A stretch of DNA of 64,000 nucleotides from Eledone cirrhosa (taxonomy: Eukaryota). The first letter of the stretch is position 1; each line of letters begins with the position of its first letter. Shown piece by piece: positions 14,434 through 27,501 of the stretch. The translations under genes and the position numbers were made by a program. The stretch spans positions 116,374,001 to 116,438,000 of the forward strand of contig OZ024742.1 of assembly GCA_964016885.1 (NCBI GenBank), read 5' to 3'. Under the pieces are notes generated by a model that saw only the letters and a list, made by a program, of their open reading frames with translations, was not told the DNA's origin and made no database searches.

Positions 14434-16629
14434 TTCTCTTTTATTCTCTTTTACCTGTTTCAGCCATCCGGCTGAGGCCATGCTGGGGCACCGCCCTTGT
14501 TGCTACACATTTTATCTCCAGCCTGTATAGGTTAGCCACTGGTGTAGGAGGGAGTTTGTTGCTGCTGCCCTTAGGTTTCCCTCATGTCTTGCTGTGGGCT
14601 CATCCGGGATCCTGGATAACAAGGTGTCGAGATGTTTCTTAAAGACATCCACCTCCACGTCATGCAAGTCTCTCAGATGCCTCGGCAGCCTGTTGAAGAG
14701 TTGAGGGCCCTTGAATCCCAGGCTATTGCAATACCTGCTCCTTATTCTAGATGTGTAAGACGGGACCTTTGGCACCACACAGTGACGTCCTCTTCGACGG
14801 CTGGTCCAGCTCCCAATGCCAAAGTTTGGTGCTAGTCCCTCCAGGATTTTCCACATGTAGATCACTGCATATCTCTACCGTCTTCGCTCCAAGGAGTAGA
14901 GGTTCAGTTCCTTCAGCCTCTCCCAGTAGCTTGTCTCCCTCATCTTGGCAATCCTCTTGGTGTAGCTTCGCTGGATTGCCTCAAGCTCCGTGGTTAGTTT
15001 GACACTATGGGGTGACCACAGCTGGGAGCTGTAGTCCAGGCGGCTTAGGACAAAAGTCCTCCACAGTGTCAACATGGTGTCTCGATCTCTTGTAAGGAAA
15101 GTCCTCAAGATCCAGCCAGCGAATCGTCTACATGTTGTCGCCACCTTCATGATGTGTGAAGAAAAAGATGCATCATCGCTCATGTCTATGCCCAGGTCTC
15201 GTATCGATTGTGACACGGGGATATCGGTCCCTCCTGGTCCTGTGTAGCTGTGTTCCACTATATTTGTGTTTGCAGGTTTGTATTGTAGGGTTTGGAATTT
15301 GCCAGCATTAAACTGCATGTTGTTTTCTTCCGGCCATCTGTATATGGCATCCAGATCCTGCTGTAAAAGGGCAGCGTCAGCCGGGTTTTTGATTGCCTGT
15401 GCTACCTTAGTGTCATCAGCATAGCTAGTGAGGGATATTGTTGCATGCACCACAGAGGGCATGTCCGAGAGAGCCACCAAAAACAGTAGTGGTCCCAGGA
15501 CTGTCCCCTGGGGCACTCCACTTGTTATTGGTGTTTCCTTTGAGAGGGCCCCATTTGCTGCGACTGCCTGGCTTCTGTCTCTTAGGAAGCCATGCAGCCA
15601 CTCACCTACTTTTCCAGTTATGCCGAGTCCGTGTAGTTTGTGACATATCATTCCGTAGTCGACCTTGTCAAAGGCCTTCGCAAAGTCAAGATATATCACG
15701 TCCACATGTGAGCTGTCTAGTAGTTGTCTCAGTACCCAGTCGTAGTGATGTAGCAGCTGTGTAAGGCAGCTTCTTCCTGGGCGGAAGCCATGTTCCGCGC
15801 TAGTCAGGCGGTCATTTCCTTCGAGGAAAGTGATTAGTTTCTTTCTGACGACTCGCTCCATGACCTTACTGATATGCGAAGTCAGGGAGACTGGCCTATA
15901 GTTCTTGGCCTCCGCTCTACTACCTCCTTTATGGATAGGGCATATTGTGCCTTCTTTCAGCTGCCTGGGTAGTACACCGCTAGCCAAGGAGCTTCTGAAG
16001 AGCATCTTCAGTGGAGTTGCTAAGGCCCGCTTACATATTTTTAGGAGAACTGCTGGGAATCCATCAGGTCCAGCAGCCGAGTCTGTTCTAATTTCATCAA
16101 TGGCGTACACTACATCCTCCTCCGTTATGTCTATGTGGTTGATGGTTGCCATTTCTTGATGTAGTGTTGTGGCATCAAAGAACTCCTCTGGCTTCGTTAT
16201 TTGCATGTGCCGCAGTGGACATGTGAAGACACTTTTGTACTGTTCGTTCAGTATTTCACATATCTCTTGGGGATTTTCGGTTAATGAACCATCCGTGTGG
16301 AAGAGTGGTCCAATCTTGCAGTGTACTGAGGCAGTTTCTTTTGCAAATTTAAAGAAGGCCTTATGGTTTGTTTTAATGTTTTCTATGGCCCTGTTCTCTT
16401 TCTTTGCCCTCTCATTCTCATGTGAAAGTTTGAGTGCAATCTCGGTGTCAAGTAGTGCACGTTTCAAATGGGATTCCTTCTTGTTTTTGTTTTGTTGACT
16501 ATTCAACTGGTTTGAGACTTTAGTTCTACGTCTCATAAGGCTTTTCCTATCTCTGGGAATAAGATTTTTGTGTCTGTTTGCCTCTTTCTCCGAGACACAC
16601 TTTTTGCATATGGTGTGTATCGTTGTCAT
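14434..16629 (-). mobile_element. 5'-truncated CR1/L2-like LINE (RT domain) with 3' tail ending in AAAAGAGAAT repeats
   Basis: 584-aa ORF with NYRPVSLTS, YLDFAKAFDKV, GVPQGTVLGP, YADD and LYSLERRR; continues in frame into 14512-14865 past one stop. Confidence 0.92.
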
Positions 16630-16647
16630 ATGGTGTGTATCGTTGCC

Positions 16648-16730
<83 letters not shown>

Positions 16731-16737
16731 CGATATA

Positions 16738-16862
16738 TTTATCGACCCTGTAAGGTTGACATGTAAAGGTAACCTCGACAGGATTTGAAATTCTATCAGA
16801 AAAGGGCGTAACTCTGTTCTGCAAAGCCTGTTGTCCGACCCTCTACCGATATTGCCAAACCC
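16738..16862 (-). mobile_element. Diverged SINE fragment (same tRNA-SINE family)
   Basis: TTTATCGACCC...GGATTTGAA...GTCCGACCCTCTACCGAT matches the reverse complement of the SINE 5' half. Confidence 0.7.
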
Positions 16863-16937
16863 CCACCCTATATATATAGGGTGGGGGGATATTTACAATA
16901 TTAAATAAATGGAAAACTATATTTATAAAACCATATT

Positions 16938-17003
16938 TATTTCATTATATATATTTCGGGGATATCATATTAACAATATGCTATGCCTTCATCAGACAAA
17001 ATA
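16938..17003 (-). ncRNA. Type I hammerhead ribozyme (family A variant)
   Basis: Reverse complement of 17097-17162. Confidence 0.7.
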
Positions 17004-17096
17004 CAATATAAACAGTTTTATAGATAAATATATTCGACATACCGTAATAAACATCAACTTCATTTGAAGAGGCTCACTCTAAAACTGTTTATATTG

Positions 17097-17162
17097 TATT
17101 TTGTCTGATGAAGGCATAGCATATTGTTAATATGATATCCCCGAAATATATATAATGAAATA
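17097..17162 (+). ncRNA. Type I hammerhead ribozyme (family A variant)
   Basis: TATTTTGT-CTGATGA-AGGCATAGCATATT(gtt)AATATGATATCCCC-GAAA-TATATA-TA-ATGAAATA. Confidence 0.7.
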
Positions 17163-17718
17163 AATATGGTTTTATAAATATAGTTTTCCATTTATTTAAT
17201 ATTGTATATATACAATATATATATAATATATATATATATAATATATATATATATATAATATATATATACTATATATATATAATATATATACTGTATATAT
17301 AATATATATATATATAATATAAGAGAGTATTGAAGTTTGCTTGAAGCATTGTGGAATAATAAGTAAATATCTTTAAGTCATTTGGAAGCCTCGACAATGC
17401 AAATGGGTAAATCTCCGGGTGACAAGATCCGGTGGTGGAGAGAGAGATGCAAGTGGGTGTACGTTGAGATGCATGGTGTGTATAAGATGTATAGAAGAAT
17501 GAAGGAAAGAGTATAAAGGATAAAATAAAAATAACAACACGAGAGAGGGTTACCTTGGGAGAGATATATTTCGGATTCACATCCATCAACTGGGGTTTTT
17601 TTCCGGGATGGAGGAAAGGTTATCTGTCGGAAAGGTGCGAACGCGTCCTCGGCTGTTTGTTGTTTTGAATATCTGACAATATATATATATATATATAATA
17701 TATTTATATATATATATA

Positions 17719-17784
<66 letters not shown>

Positions 17785-17791
<7 letters not shown>

Positions 17792-17915
17792 TAACAGATT
17801 AAAGTTTAAGCAAAGAATCGGTGCTTTCACCCTTAACGGTTCTTATATATTTGATATATATTTATCCTTATCGAACTCTCTTTGGATTTTAGTCTTCAAA
17901 TTTATTATTATTACA
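17785..17915. mobile_element. Short TA-embedded element with 5' inversion (family also at 19060-19243 and 51770-51875)
   Basis: Shared blocks AAAATAACAGATTAAAGTTTAAGCAAAGAATC and CCTTATCGAnCnCTCTTTGGATTTTAGTC. Confidence 0.8.
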
Positions 17916-18013
17916 ATATATATATATACATATACATATATTATATATATAATATATATACATATATTATATATATAATATATATATATATAATATATAT
18001 ACATATATATAAT

Positions 18014-18046
<33 letters not shown>

Positions 18047-18191
18047 TTTGAATTTATGTTGGTTGTATACCAACACCTCAGTATGCAGGCTGGAGCACTC
18101 GACGAAGTGCGCAGGTTGGTTTGGTTACTCCGGAGTAGTGTAAAATAAAGTTAAATAAAAGTCAAATGATTAAAATTTAGCTTCGTTTATT

Positions 18192-18246
18192 ACTGCTATA
18201 TATATTTCAGTGACAGCCATCTTTGGCTGTGACCTCTTCAGGCAGT
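18192..18246 (-). ncRNA. Type I hammerhead ribozyme (family C)
   Basis: Reverse complement of 18488-18542. Confidence 0.8.
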
Positions 18247-18487
18247 TTGAATTAGTATGGTATAGACAAGTACATATGTTGTTTAGGTGTATGATATTGT
18301 CAATACTCTGATATGCCCAGTTCCTTGTTGGGTTGTTAATTCACTGGGGAACTGGAGTCATTCAGTGGGGAACTGACTCCAGTTCCCCAGTGAATTAACA
18401 ACCCAACAAGGAACTGGGCATATCAGAGTATTGACAATATCATACACCTAAACAACATATGTACTTGTCTATACCATACTAATTCAA

Positions 18488-18542
18488 ACTGCCTGAAGAG
18501 GTCACAGCCAAAGATGGCTGTCACTGAAATATATATAGCAGT
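18488..18542 (+). ncRNA. Type I hammerhead ribozyme (family C)
   Basis: ACTGC-CTGAAGA-GGTCACAGCCA(aaga)TGGCTGTCACT-GAAA-TATATA-TA-GCAGT: perfect helix I, helix II of 10 pairs with one mismatch. Confidence 0.8.
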
Positions 18543-18586
18543 AATAAACGAAGCTAAATTTTAATCATTTGACTTTTATTTAACTT

Positions 18587-18626
<40 letters not shown>

Positions 18627-18754
18627 TATATATAATATATATATATATATAATATATATATATATATAATATATATATATATATAATATATATATATATA
18701 ATATATATATATATAATATATATATATAATATTTATATATATATATATATATAA

Positions 18755-18806
<52 letters not shown>

Positions 18807-18816
18807 ATATATATAA

Positions 18817-18858
<42 letters not shown>

Positions 18859-18879
18859 TATATATATATATGCATGTAA

Positions 18880-19054
<175 letters not shown>

Positions 19055-19059
19055 TATAT

Positions 19060-19243
19060 TTATTAAAATAACAGATTAAAGTTTAAGCAAAGAATCGCTG
19101 AAGGGTGAAAGCAGCGATTCTTTGCTTAAACTTTAATCTGTTATTTTAATAAATATTTGCTCTACGGTTCTTATATATTTGATATATATTTTCCTTATCG
19201 AGCCCTCTTTGGATTTTAGTCCTCAATTTTATTATTATTACTG
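19060..19243. mobile_element. Short foldback element (~41-bp arms) of the 17785 family
   Basis: ...GCAAAGAATCGCTG / AAGGGTGAAAG / CAGCGATTCTTTGC... Confidence 0.8.
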
Positions 19244-20094
19244 TTATATTTATATATATATATATACAGATGGGTATATATATATACATGTTTGTGGAAT
19301 GCTCATCCATTTAGATGTTAATTTCACGAGCTGATGGTATCAACCGGAACACTCATTCTAATTCTGCTTGCTTAGGTCCTTGGCAACAACTCATTCATCT
19401 TTCACCTCCTTTACTGGCACGGAATATTTACTAACATCCTAACACGCAACCCAAGCCAAGCAGATCAAACAACAATCATAGATCTTCCGTGAACTCAAGA
19501 AGTCGCAATAAAAAGCGACCCTATTGAGGGTTTTTTAGAAACGCAGTCCATATTGGTATGACATATAAGTAACTAAGACTGTTAAATTGTCTTTACCTGA
19601 ATGTAAACGAATCTACATCAATCCAATGCTTTTACCGATCTCACGTAAACCTCTCTCACCAGAACCATGCCACACTAGAGTATTTAAAATTATATCATAA
19701 TCTTTAAATCCATTATTCCAGGAACATATTTTAGCATGTATTATTGTGACAGACATCATCAGTTTGGAGCCAACGTATCATACATTTGCTCATTCTCTAC
19801 CCATCCTTCTCTCACTCTTTATATACATATATGAAGTGTATACATATATGTGTGTAGAGGTTGGACACTCATTCCAGTTTTAACTGTAGCCCATCTGCTC
19901 AGTAAAATACTTTTATCTTTAACTCACATCTTTATTTCCCTTGTTTACCTTGTGTACAACTTAGATGGAAAATCATTCGAAAGAATAACCTGATGCTTAC
20001 AATCATTTTGTTCCACAGGCAAATCTGCCAAAATACACAAAAATGCTTCCCACACGGAAACCTATCGAGCACACCTTAAATATATATAAATATA

Positions 20095-20167
<73 letters not shown>

Positions 20168-20171
<4 letters not shown>

Positions 20172-20877
20172 AAATAACGAAACGAAATTAAATTTCGCTT
20201 CGTTTGTAACTCACTTTTGTATGACTGACGCTTAAACAATTAAGTTAAAAATGTACATCTACATATGCATACTGAAATACTAGTATGCATATGAATACAC
20301 ACACGTATACATATGTAGATGTACCAAGTCTTTCACTGGTTACTTTACTGTGAGCAACCCAGCTATTCCGTATGTAAACACACAGAGAAACCGGTTTTTA
20401 GTCATACTGGTTTTCGAGGAAACGCCTTTCCTCTATTCTCCAGAAAGCCAGACAAGGAATATTGAACTAGTTTCGTTGCTGTTACAACTCATCAGCAATA
20501 TTTACCTATCTACCGGCCTTTCTGGAGAATCGCAAAAGCACATATCGTTATATGCCTTTTCTATGAAAATTAGTAGTGGGCAGACTAATTTGCATAGAGT
20601 GTGAGTACGCACCGGTTCAGCGGAGACGATAAAAACAAATAACGAAACGAAATTAAACTTCGCTTCGTTTGTAACTCACTTTTGTATGACTGACGCTTAA
20701 ACAATTAAGTTAAAAATGTACATCTACATATGCATACTGAAATACTAGTATGCATATGAATACACACACGTATACATATGTAGATGTACCAAGTCTTTCA
20801 CTGGTTACTTTACTGTGAGCAACCCAGCTATTCCGTATGCAAACACACAGACAAACCGGTTTTTAGAGTCATACTGG
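20168..20877 (-). mobile_element. Retrozyme-like 1.5-mer: 465-bp unit with ~243-bp terminal direct repeat (20168-20410 / 20633-20877)
   Basis: Near-identical direct repeats with one hammerhead between them; no credible ORF; starts at a (TA)n tract. Confidence 0.75.
20458..20502 (-). ncRNA. Type I minimal hammerhead ribozyme (family D)
   Basis: Minus strand: AATATTG-CTGATGA-GTTGT(aaca)GCAAC-GAAA-CTAG-TT-CAATATT; 7-bp helix I, 5-bp helix II, palindromic CTAG. Confidence 0.85.
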
Positions 20878-21822
20878 GACAAGTACAATGGGGGGAGTTT
20901 ACAAAACAAGGCGTCCTCAATAAGGAGGAGGCAATAACAATATATAAAAATAAAATAAAATATAATAAAAAATAAAATTTATAAGAAAGTCCTCAATAGA
21001 GAGGAGGCGCCTTGGGGGGTCGCACACACTCCCGAAAAAAAGTGTGCAATCCTTCTCCTCAGGAGCACAGAGAAGGGGTGCTCCCTTGGTCTTTCATCTT
21101 CCTCACCTATAGTCTGATGTAGAGTGAAGGCCCATTCACACGGGCCATTCTCGCCACTTTCACCCATCTTTCATAAAAACGGCTGGGGTGCAGCACCTCT
21201 CTCTCCATCCTGATCCTTCTTCTGAAATGATATCGGAAGAAACGGACCAGTTGTTGGCCAGAGAGAAAGGTGTCTGACCTCAGTCCTTTCAGACGCATCC
21301 ACCATACAACCTCTTTCGCCATGGCTATTACGCATAGAAACACCGCCTCTCCTTCGTTTTTGAAGAGGGGAGGCGGCTTGATCGTTACAATAGACTCGGT
21401 GGTCTAACCGGATCGGTCCCACCCTTGACAGCAGTTGTTCAACATAGCCCCACAGATCGGCAATGCCCGAGCAGTGTACCAATGCGTGTGCAACGGTTTC
21501 CTCGTCGCACACGCATCTGGGACAGATCTTTTTCGATGGGTCCCTACCCGGGCGCCCGTGTCTGTAGAGCCTTTCTCGAACGGGCAGAGCCCTTCTGTAG
21601 CATTGCCAGGCCAGGGACCTCTGGAAGTTATCCATGGGTCCCGGGCTGAATGTCCTACCGAACAGGTTGGCCAGTTCGTCTTCCTCCATGCCTAGGGCTT
21701 TTCCGAGGGCGTCGTCGCACCTGCTAACCACCAGCCCTCTATAGAATGACGAGGTGGATTCTCCACTGACAGCCGGGTCCGCCTGCCAGAGAGCCGTGAG
21801 CGCCTGGGCACACTCGGTGTGC
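20878..21822 (-). mobile_element. Tx1/L1-like LINE 3' fragment (C-terminal zinc-binding region plus 3'UTR)
   Basis: CPRCVCDEETVAHALVHC; homologous to 40884-41590 and 57581-58530; 5' junction at (GATA)n. Confidence 0.85.
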
Positions 21823-21823
21823 C

Positions 21824-21886
<63 letters not shown>

Positions 21887-23048
21887 CAGGTAGATAGGTA
21901 GATGTGTGCGTACATGTGCATATGTGTGTGCATTAGGAAAGAGAATCAGAGAAGTAAAAAAGAGACAAACAGATATATATATATCTGTTTGAAACATTCA
22001 ACCTTTTACTACACCACATGAAGGAATGTTAAATTAATATATTCCTATGGATATGATAATTCAATATATCTAGATTTCTCTAAAGGATTCGAAAAGTACA
22101 GTAAAATTCACAAAACTCTAAAGATTAAAATTGGTGAAACCTTTTCTCATAGGACAGGGCCATGAGAATCAATAGATTATTATTTTTAATGAAATACGAA
22201 GCTTCTTTTTCCTGCCATTTTTCTGCAATGCCAATTCGACTATTCCCTTGAGTATTGTAGGTTCTCAACAAATTCCACACGTTCAATACTCAAATGGTCT
22301 GTTTCGGTTTCATTTACTCATCCATTCTTTATATGAGAAGAAAGGAGATCATATTATCAGGTTTTCTGCTCCTTGACATTATGTGAACATGGAAAGGTTT
22401 CAACAGCGATCCCACGGGTTATGAAATGTTACACGACGTTTGCATTTTAGAACATCGTATTTGGTTGGAAGTCGACAATGCAGCATCATTAGTGCTGTGA
22501 TATATCAATAAAGAGGTTCAGCCATGATCAAGCAGACCTATACTCTAAGGCATTCCGAAATTATCCATCCTCTCTTTTAAGATTATTACAATCGTTGCTA
22601 TTTATCATAAGATGGTAAACCAAGTAAGAGCTTCACGGATATTTACTCAAGGAAAAACAGTTTCAAATGGCAAAAATGCGTAAATACAATGCATTATTAG
22701 TAGAAACAATTATTACTTGGCAAATTTTAATACGCTTACTATGGTGAATTCAAATAGTACGTACTATTTGAATTCGTACAGAATGATAAACTCTAATACG
22801 TTTGAACATTACACAGCAAAGAAAGTTTCCGAAATAGCCAGTTTACCGTGCTGCTCTACTATTGCTAGTTTGCTTAAGTTATATGTCACATTTATATAAA
22901 TTAAGTAATCATCTACGTTGTCACTCAATCTACAAAAAATAGAAAACAATTCTCCCTCAAACAATATATATACATAGGGTTGCAAGGTAAATGCGTCTGT
23001 AGGGGGAATGTCGGTTGAGCACACAATGATCGCGCAGAGCAGAATTCA

Positions 23049-23216
23049 ATATTATAAAGAACGAGGAATCAGTGTTGCATCATCTCACATTTATTTACAG
23101 ATTACATAGTCTGGTTCGATCTGTAAAAGATCTTGCCTCGAGCTGATAGACGGAGAAAGATATGTAACATGTTAATAAATATGGGATAATGCAACACTGA
23201 TTCCTCGTTCTTTATA

Positions 23217-23220
<4 letters not shown>
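23049..23220. repeat. Imperfect inverted repeat (~47-bp arms) abutting (TA)n
   Basis: ATATTATAAAGAACGAGGAATCAGTGTTGCAT ... ATGCAACACTGATTCCTCGTTCTTTATAATAT. Confidence 0.8.
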
Positions 23221-23249
<29 letters not shown>

Positions 23250-23259
23250 TACACGTATA

Positions 23260-23340
<81 letters not shown>

Positions 23341-23510
23341 GTATATATATATAAAATATATATATACATAGAAACATATGTGTGTGTGTGTTTGTGCGTG
23401 TGTGTTTGGGTGCCACATCTGTATCACATGTTCATTAAAGCCGTGATTATTGGTTTCGAATGAGAATCGAAACAAGGAAGCTTAACTCTGGATAACTGGA
23501 TATTTCCTCC

Positions 23511-23559
<49 letters not shown>

Positions 23560-24385
23560 ACGCATACATACACACACACATATATATATATATATAAATC
23601 TCAGGATATATGGTGATACAGATTTATAACTATTCTAAATCTGTCAATTTACAAGTGGACTTGCTCTGAGATTGTATTCTAAATCTAACAATTTACAAGT
23701 AAGATACTGTAAGAATGGGCTGTAAAAATGTCTGTATTGGTTCAGCAGCAAATAAAACAGCCATTACAAAACCCTTTACTGTGCTTTTTATTGCCATAAT
23801 AACTATTCTCTTCTTTTAAAGAATTCTCATGGAATTAATTCTTTTCTATTTGACGATAATACAAAACCAACAACAAAAACACGTCGGATTTTATTTTCAT
23901 TTATTATTTTTTTCCACCAAATTGTGACAACTCATTCGACACATGGGATTCCTGGAGAAAAATATATATATGATATTGTGTGATGTCGCTTGAAAACCAA
24001 TTATTGTCATTTAACGTAGTGTTGTGCCGTGGTAGTCTTTCTCAGCTATAACTAATATCTTGAATGCCAGGCAATATTTAATACTTACATATGAATTGTA
24101 CAGCTCATACTTACATTAATATATATATATATATATACAGAGAGAGAGAGAGAGAGAGAAAGAGAGACAGAGAGGGGGGAGGGGACGGAAAGAGAGCGAG
24201 AGCGTGAGAGAGTGAGAGAGCGAGAGAGGAATGTATCATTCCTGATGATTTCATGACAAAGAATCGATATAGTCATGTAGAGATCATTTCTATGTAAAAT
24301 AAAGATGCCTATACTCTATTGACGTATTGGCTAAAGTCTTCCGCCCTGGTCACTTATATATATATATATATACATATATATATAC

Positions 24386-24598
<213 letters not shown>

Positions 24599-26516
24599 TA
24601 TATATATATATGTGTGTGTATGCATGTATTCATATATGTATGTATATATATTATAAATATTATAAATATATATAAGTATATATATATATATATATATGTC
24701 TGTGTGTGGGTGGGTGTTTATGTGTGTGTGGGTGTATGTGTGTTTGTGTGTGTGTGTGTAGTGTGTGTGTATGTGTGTGTGTATTATGTCGAGGATTGAG
24801 TTTGGAGTACGAGTTGAGTTCTCATTATTCTACGAATTCTAATAATCCCGCGCTCCAAAATTGACCTTCTAGATATGTGTGTTTATATTTTTATCACAGC
24901 TATAGGAGCTTTATATTTTTGACGGATACCATGGCCTGGGGTTCGTTGGCAATTTTTTTCTCTATTTCCCGTTCCCTTCTTTCATTCTATGACTCTCTCT
25001 CCCATTCATCTGGTCTCCTTACTACTTCTTTGCTTTCCTTTTTCCATTCTACTATCCACCACTCTTACGTCTCACTTCCGCTTGCTACTATTTCTGCATC
25101 CAGTGCTTGTGTTATCTTTTGTAACGACAACTTGGTGCCATGAAAACGCATTTTATTTCTCGCCCCCTGTCTCTCTGATCTGTCTCTTTGTCTATACATT
25201 TTGTTCGTATTTTACGCAAATCCCATACCAACGGAATTACTTGTTCTTCTGTTGCTTGCAATTTACCGTGGTACTCTTAAGTTAAAACGTGTGAAACCAC
25301 AGTCGGCCTATGAGCTTATGAAGGATATAAAGGTTTGTGTGATCTTATCTCGTCCATTTCTTCCTTTTCTCCTTTCTTCCTATCACTTCTGCCGGCCAAC
25401 ACACCTCTATCTGCTTATTTCTGTCTCTTGAGGTAACTTTGACCTTGACGTTATCTTTGACAGCATATGCTTTTTTAACAGCTTACCTTCGTTGAGTTCT
25501 TATTATACGAATATATATATATATATATATATGTTTTATGTTTTTCTCGCTCTCCATTTTTCGTCTCTATGTATTATCTACACACAAATACACACATGCA
25601 CATGCACGGTATTACCTTCATATCTGTTGCTCTTTCAATAAAGCAAAACAACAATACAAACGACTTGAAAGACAAGAACAACAACTGTAACTATGATAAT
25701 GATGATGAAGATGATGATGATGATGTTGATGATGATGGTAATAGTAATAATAAAAATAATAATAATAATAATAGTAATAATAATAACAATAGTATTAATA
25801 ATAACAATAATAATCAGATAACCTTAGTCATACATTATTTTATTATCTAACGGTATTGAATTGTAAACAGTTCTCTACGTTCACAAATAATAAAGACCTT
25901 AATGTTTGATCATATTTATTTATGGCGAAGACATTTTTTTAATTGATACAAGGGTCAGTCGCAAGCCTCGAAATTGCACATTACTCAGCGGAAATGGACT
26001 GTTAAAAAGCAACAAAAATGACAGTAAACAAAATAACAAAGACAACTAAACAAACATCAAGAAAACGAAGAAAAATCTATGTATGAACAAAATACAAAAA
26101 TTAAAATCTAAAAACAGATATTGATAGCAATACCCAGAAGTCATGTTAGATTATTAACTTCAAAAATGATATTCCCGTTAGTTAGTCAATGTATAGTCAG
26201 AAATCAAAATGCGATTGAAGAACAGTACAATTAAAACAATAAAAAAGCAAATCACTATGACCATTACGACCACCAGCACAACCACCACCACTAAATATCA
26301 TCATCATCACCGCCATCAAAGGTATCAATACCAGCAGCAGTAGCAGCAGCAGTTTTAGAGCCGTTTGTTTGGGCAACAATTCTAATAATTCATTGTTGAG
26401 GCTCCACTAAAGCAAGTAATTAAAGAACTCGTCTATTTTCAATTCAAAAATAATTCTTTCACCCGCTTTCACTATGTGTTTGTCTCTCTCCCTCTACACA
26501 CATATACCTCCACACA

Positions 26517-26560
<44 letters not shown>

Positions 26561-26561
26561 C

Positions 26562-26622
<61 letters not shown>

Positions 26623-26798
26623 TATGTGTATGTGTGTGAGTGTATATACATATATATATACATTTGTTTGTATACATACATGCAACTAAATATATATATG
26701 TGTGTGATTGTATATATGTCGATAAATACATACATATATACATATATATTATATTTATATATGTATGTATATATATTTGAAATTAAATGCATATGTAT

Positions 26799-26928
<130 letters not shown>

Positions 26929-27439
26929 CATTGTTTTTCTTTGCTGAAAGCAAATGCCCGCATACGTCACACATCAGCCATCACACATCACACGTGACTC
27001 GGTCTCTTCATCTCTGAGACTGCAGTGTGCGGCGTCATGTAGTCACAGTAAGAATAATTTCTCTTCGGGTATTTTTTTTTCTTTCTTTCTATTGATTAAC
27101 AAATTAATGGTTATGTTTGTGAGCAAACAGGCTATTCTCTCTTGCGTCGTTATTGTTACTTCCTCTGGAACCGGTCAACTAAGGCACATTATACTGTTCA
27201 AGAACAATGGCATTGTCTTTACGCAAAACACAGACCGCACGACCAGATATTTTTCTGAATAACTACGTAATCAACAGACATCACACAACATCAACCTAAC
27301 AATCTAAATAAACCGCCACATTAACTTCCTTCCTTCCTATTTTCCTTTCCTTATGTCTTTTCGCTTTATCGATCTCACCACTTTGTTCTCGCTTTGACCA
27401 AATGTCCTTTAAATATATGTCTGTACTTATATGTCTGTG

Positions 27440-27501
<62 letters not shown>

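Larger units (their letters stand above)
16894..17206. mobile_element. Foldback element with 127-bp inverted arms (16894-17020 / 17080-17206), homologous to the ends of the 6187-10039 PLE
   Basis: Arms are reverse complements and align to 6187-6315 and 9910-10039. Confidence 0.9.
18141..18593. mobile_element. Foldback element with 220-bp inverted arms (18141-18360 / 18374-18593), 13-nt spacer and a tail at ~18045-18140
   Basis: Arms read as exact reverse complements; flanked by (TA)n. Confidence 0.92.

Noticed and set aside
20168-20877. LTR retrotransposon/TRIM or CRISPR interpretation of the direct repeats
   Set aside because: No TG...CA ends, PBS/PPT or TSD seen; no repeat-spacer periodicity, and the context is eukaryotic
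24236-24285. CTGATGA...GATA...TA resembling family B
   Set aside because: GAAA mutated and helices weak
26940-27290. CpG-richer stretch with CACGTG and ACGTCA motifs, possible promoter or UTR
   Set aside because: Short motifs are expected by chance; no linked gene
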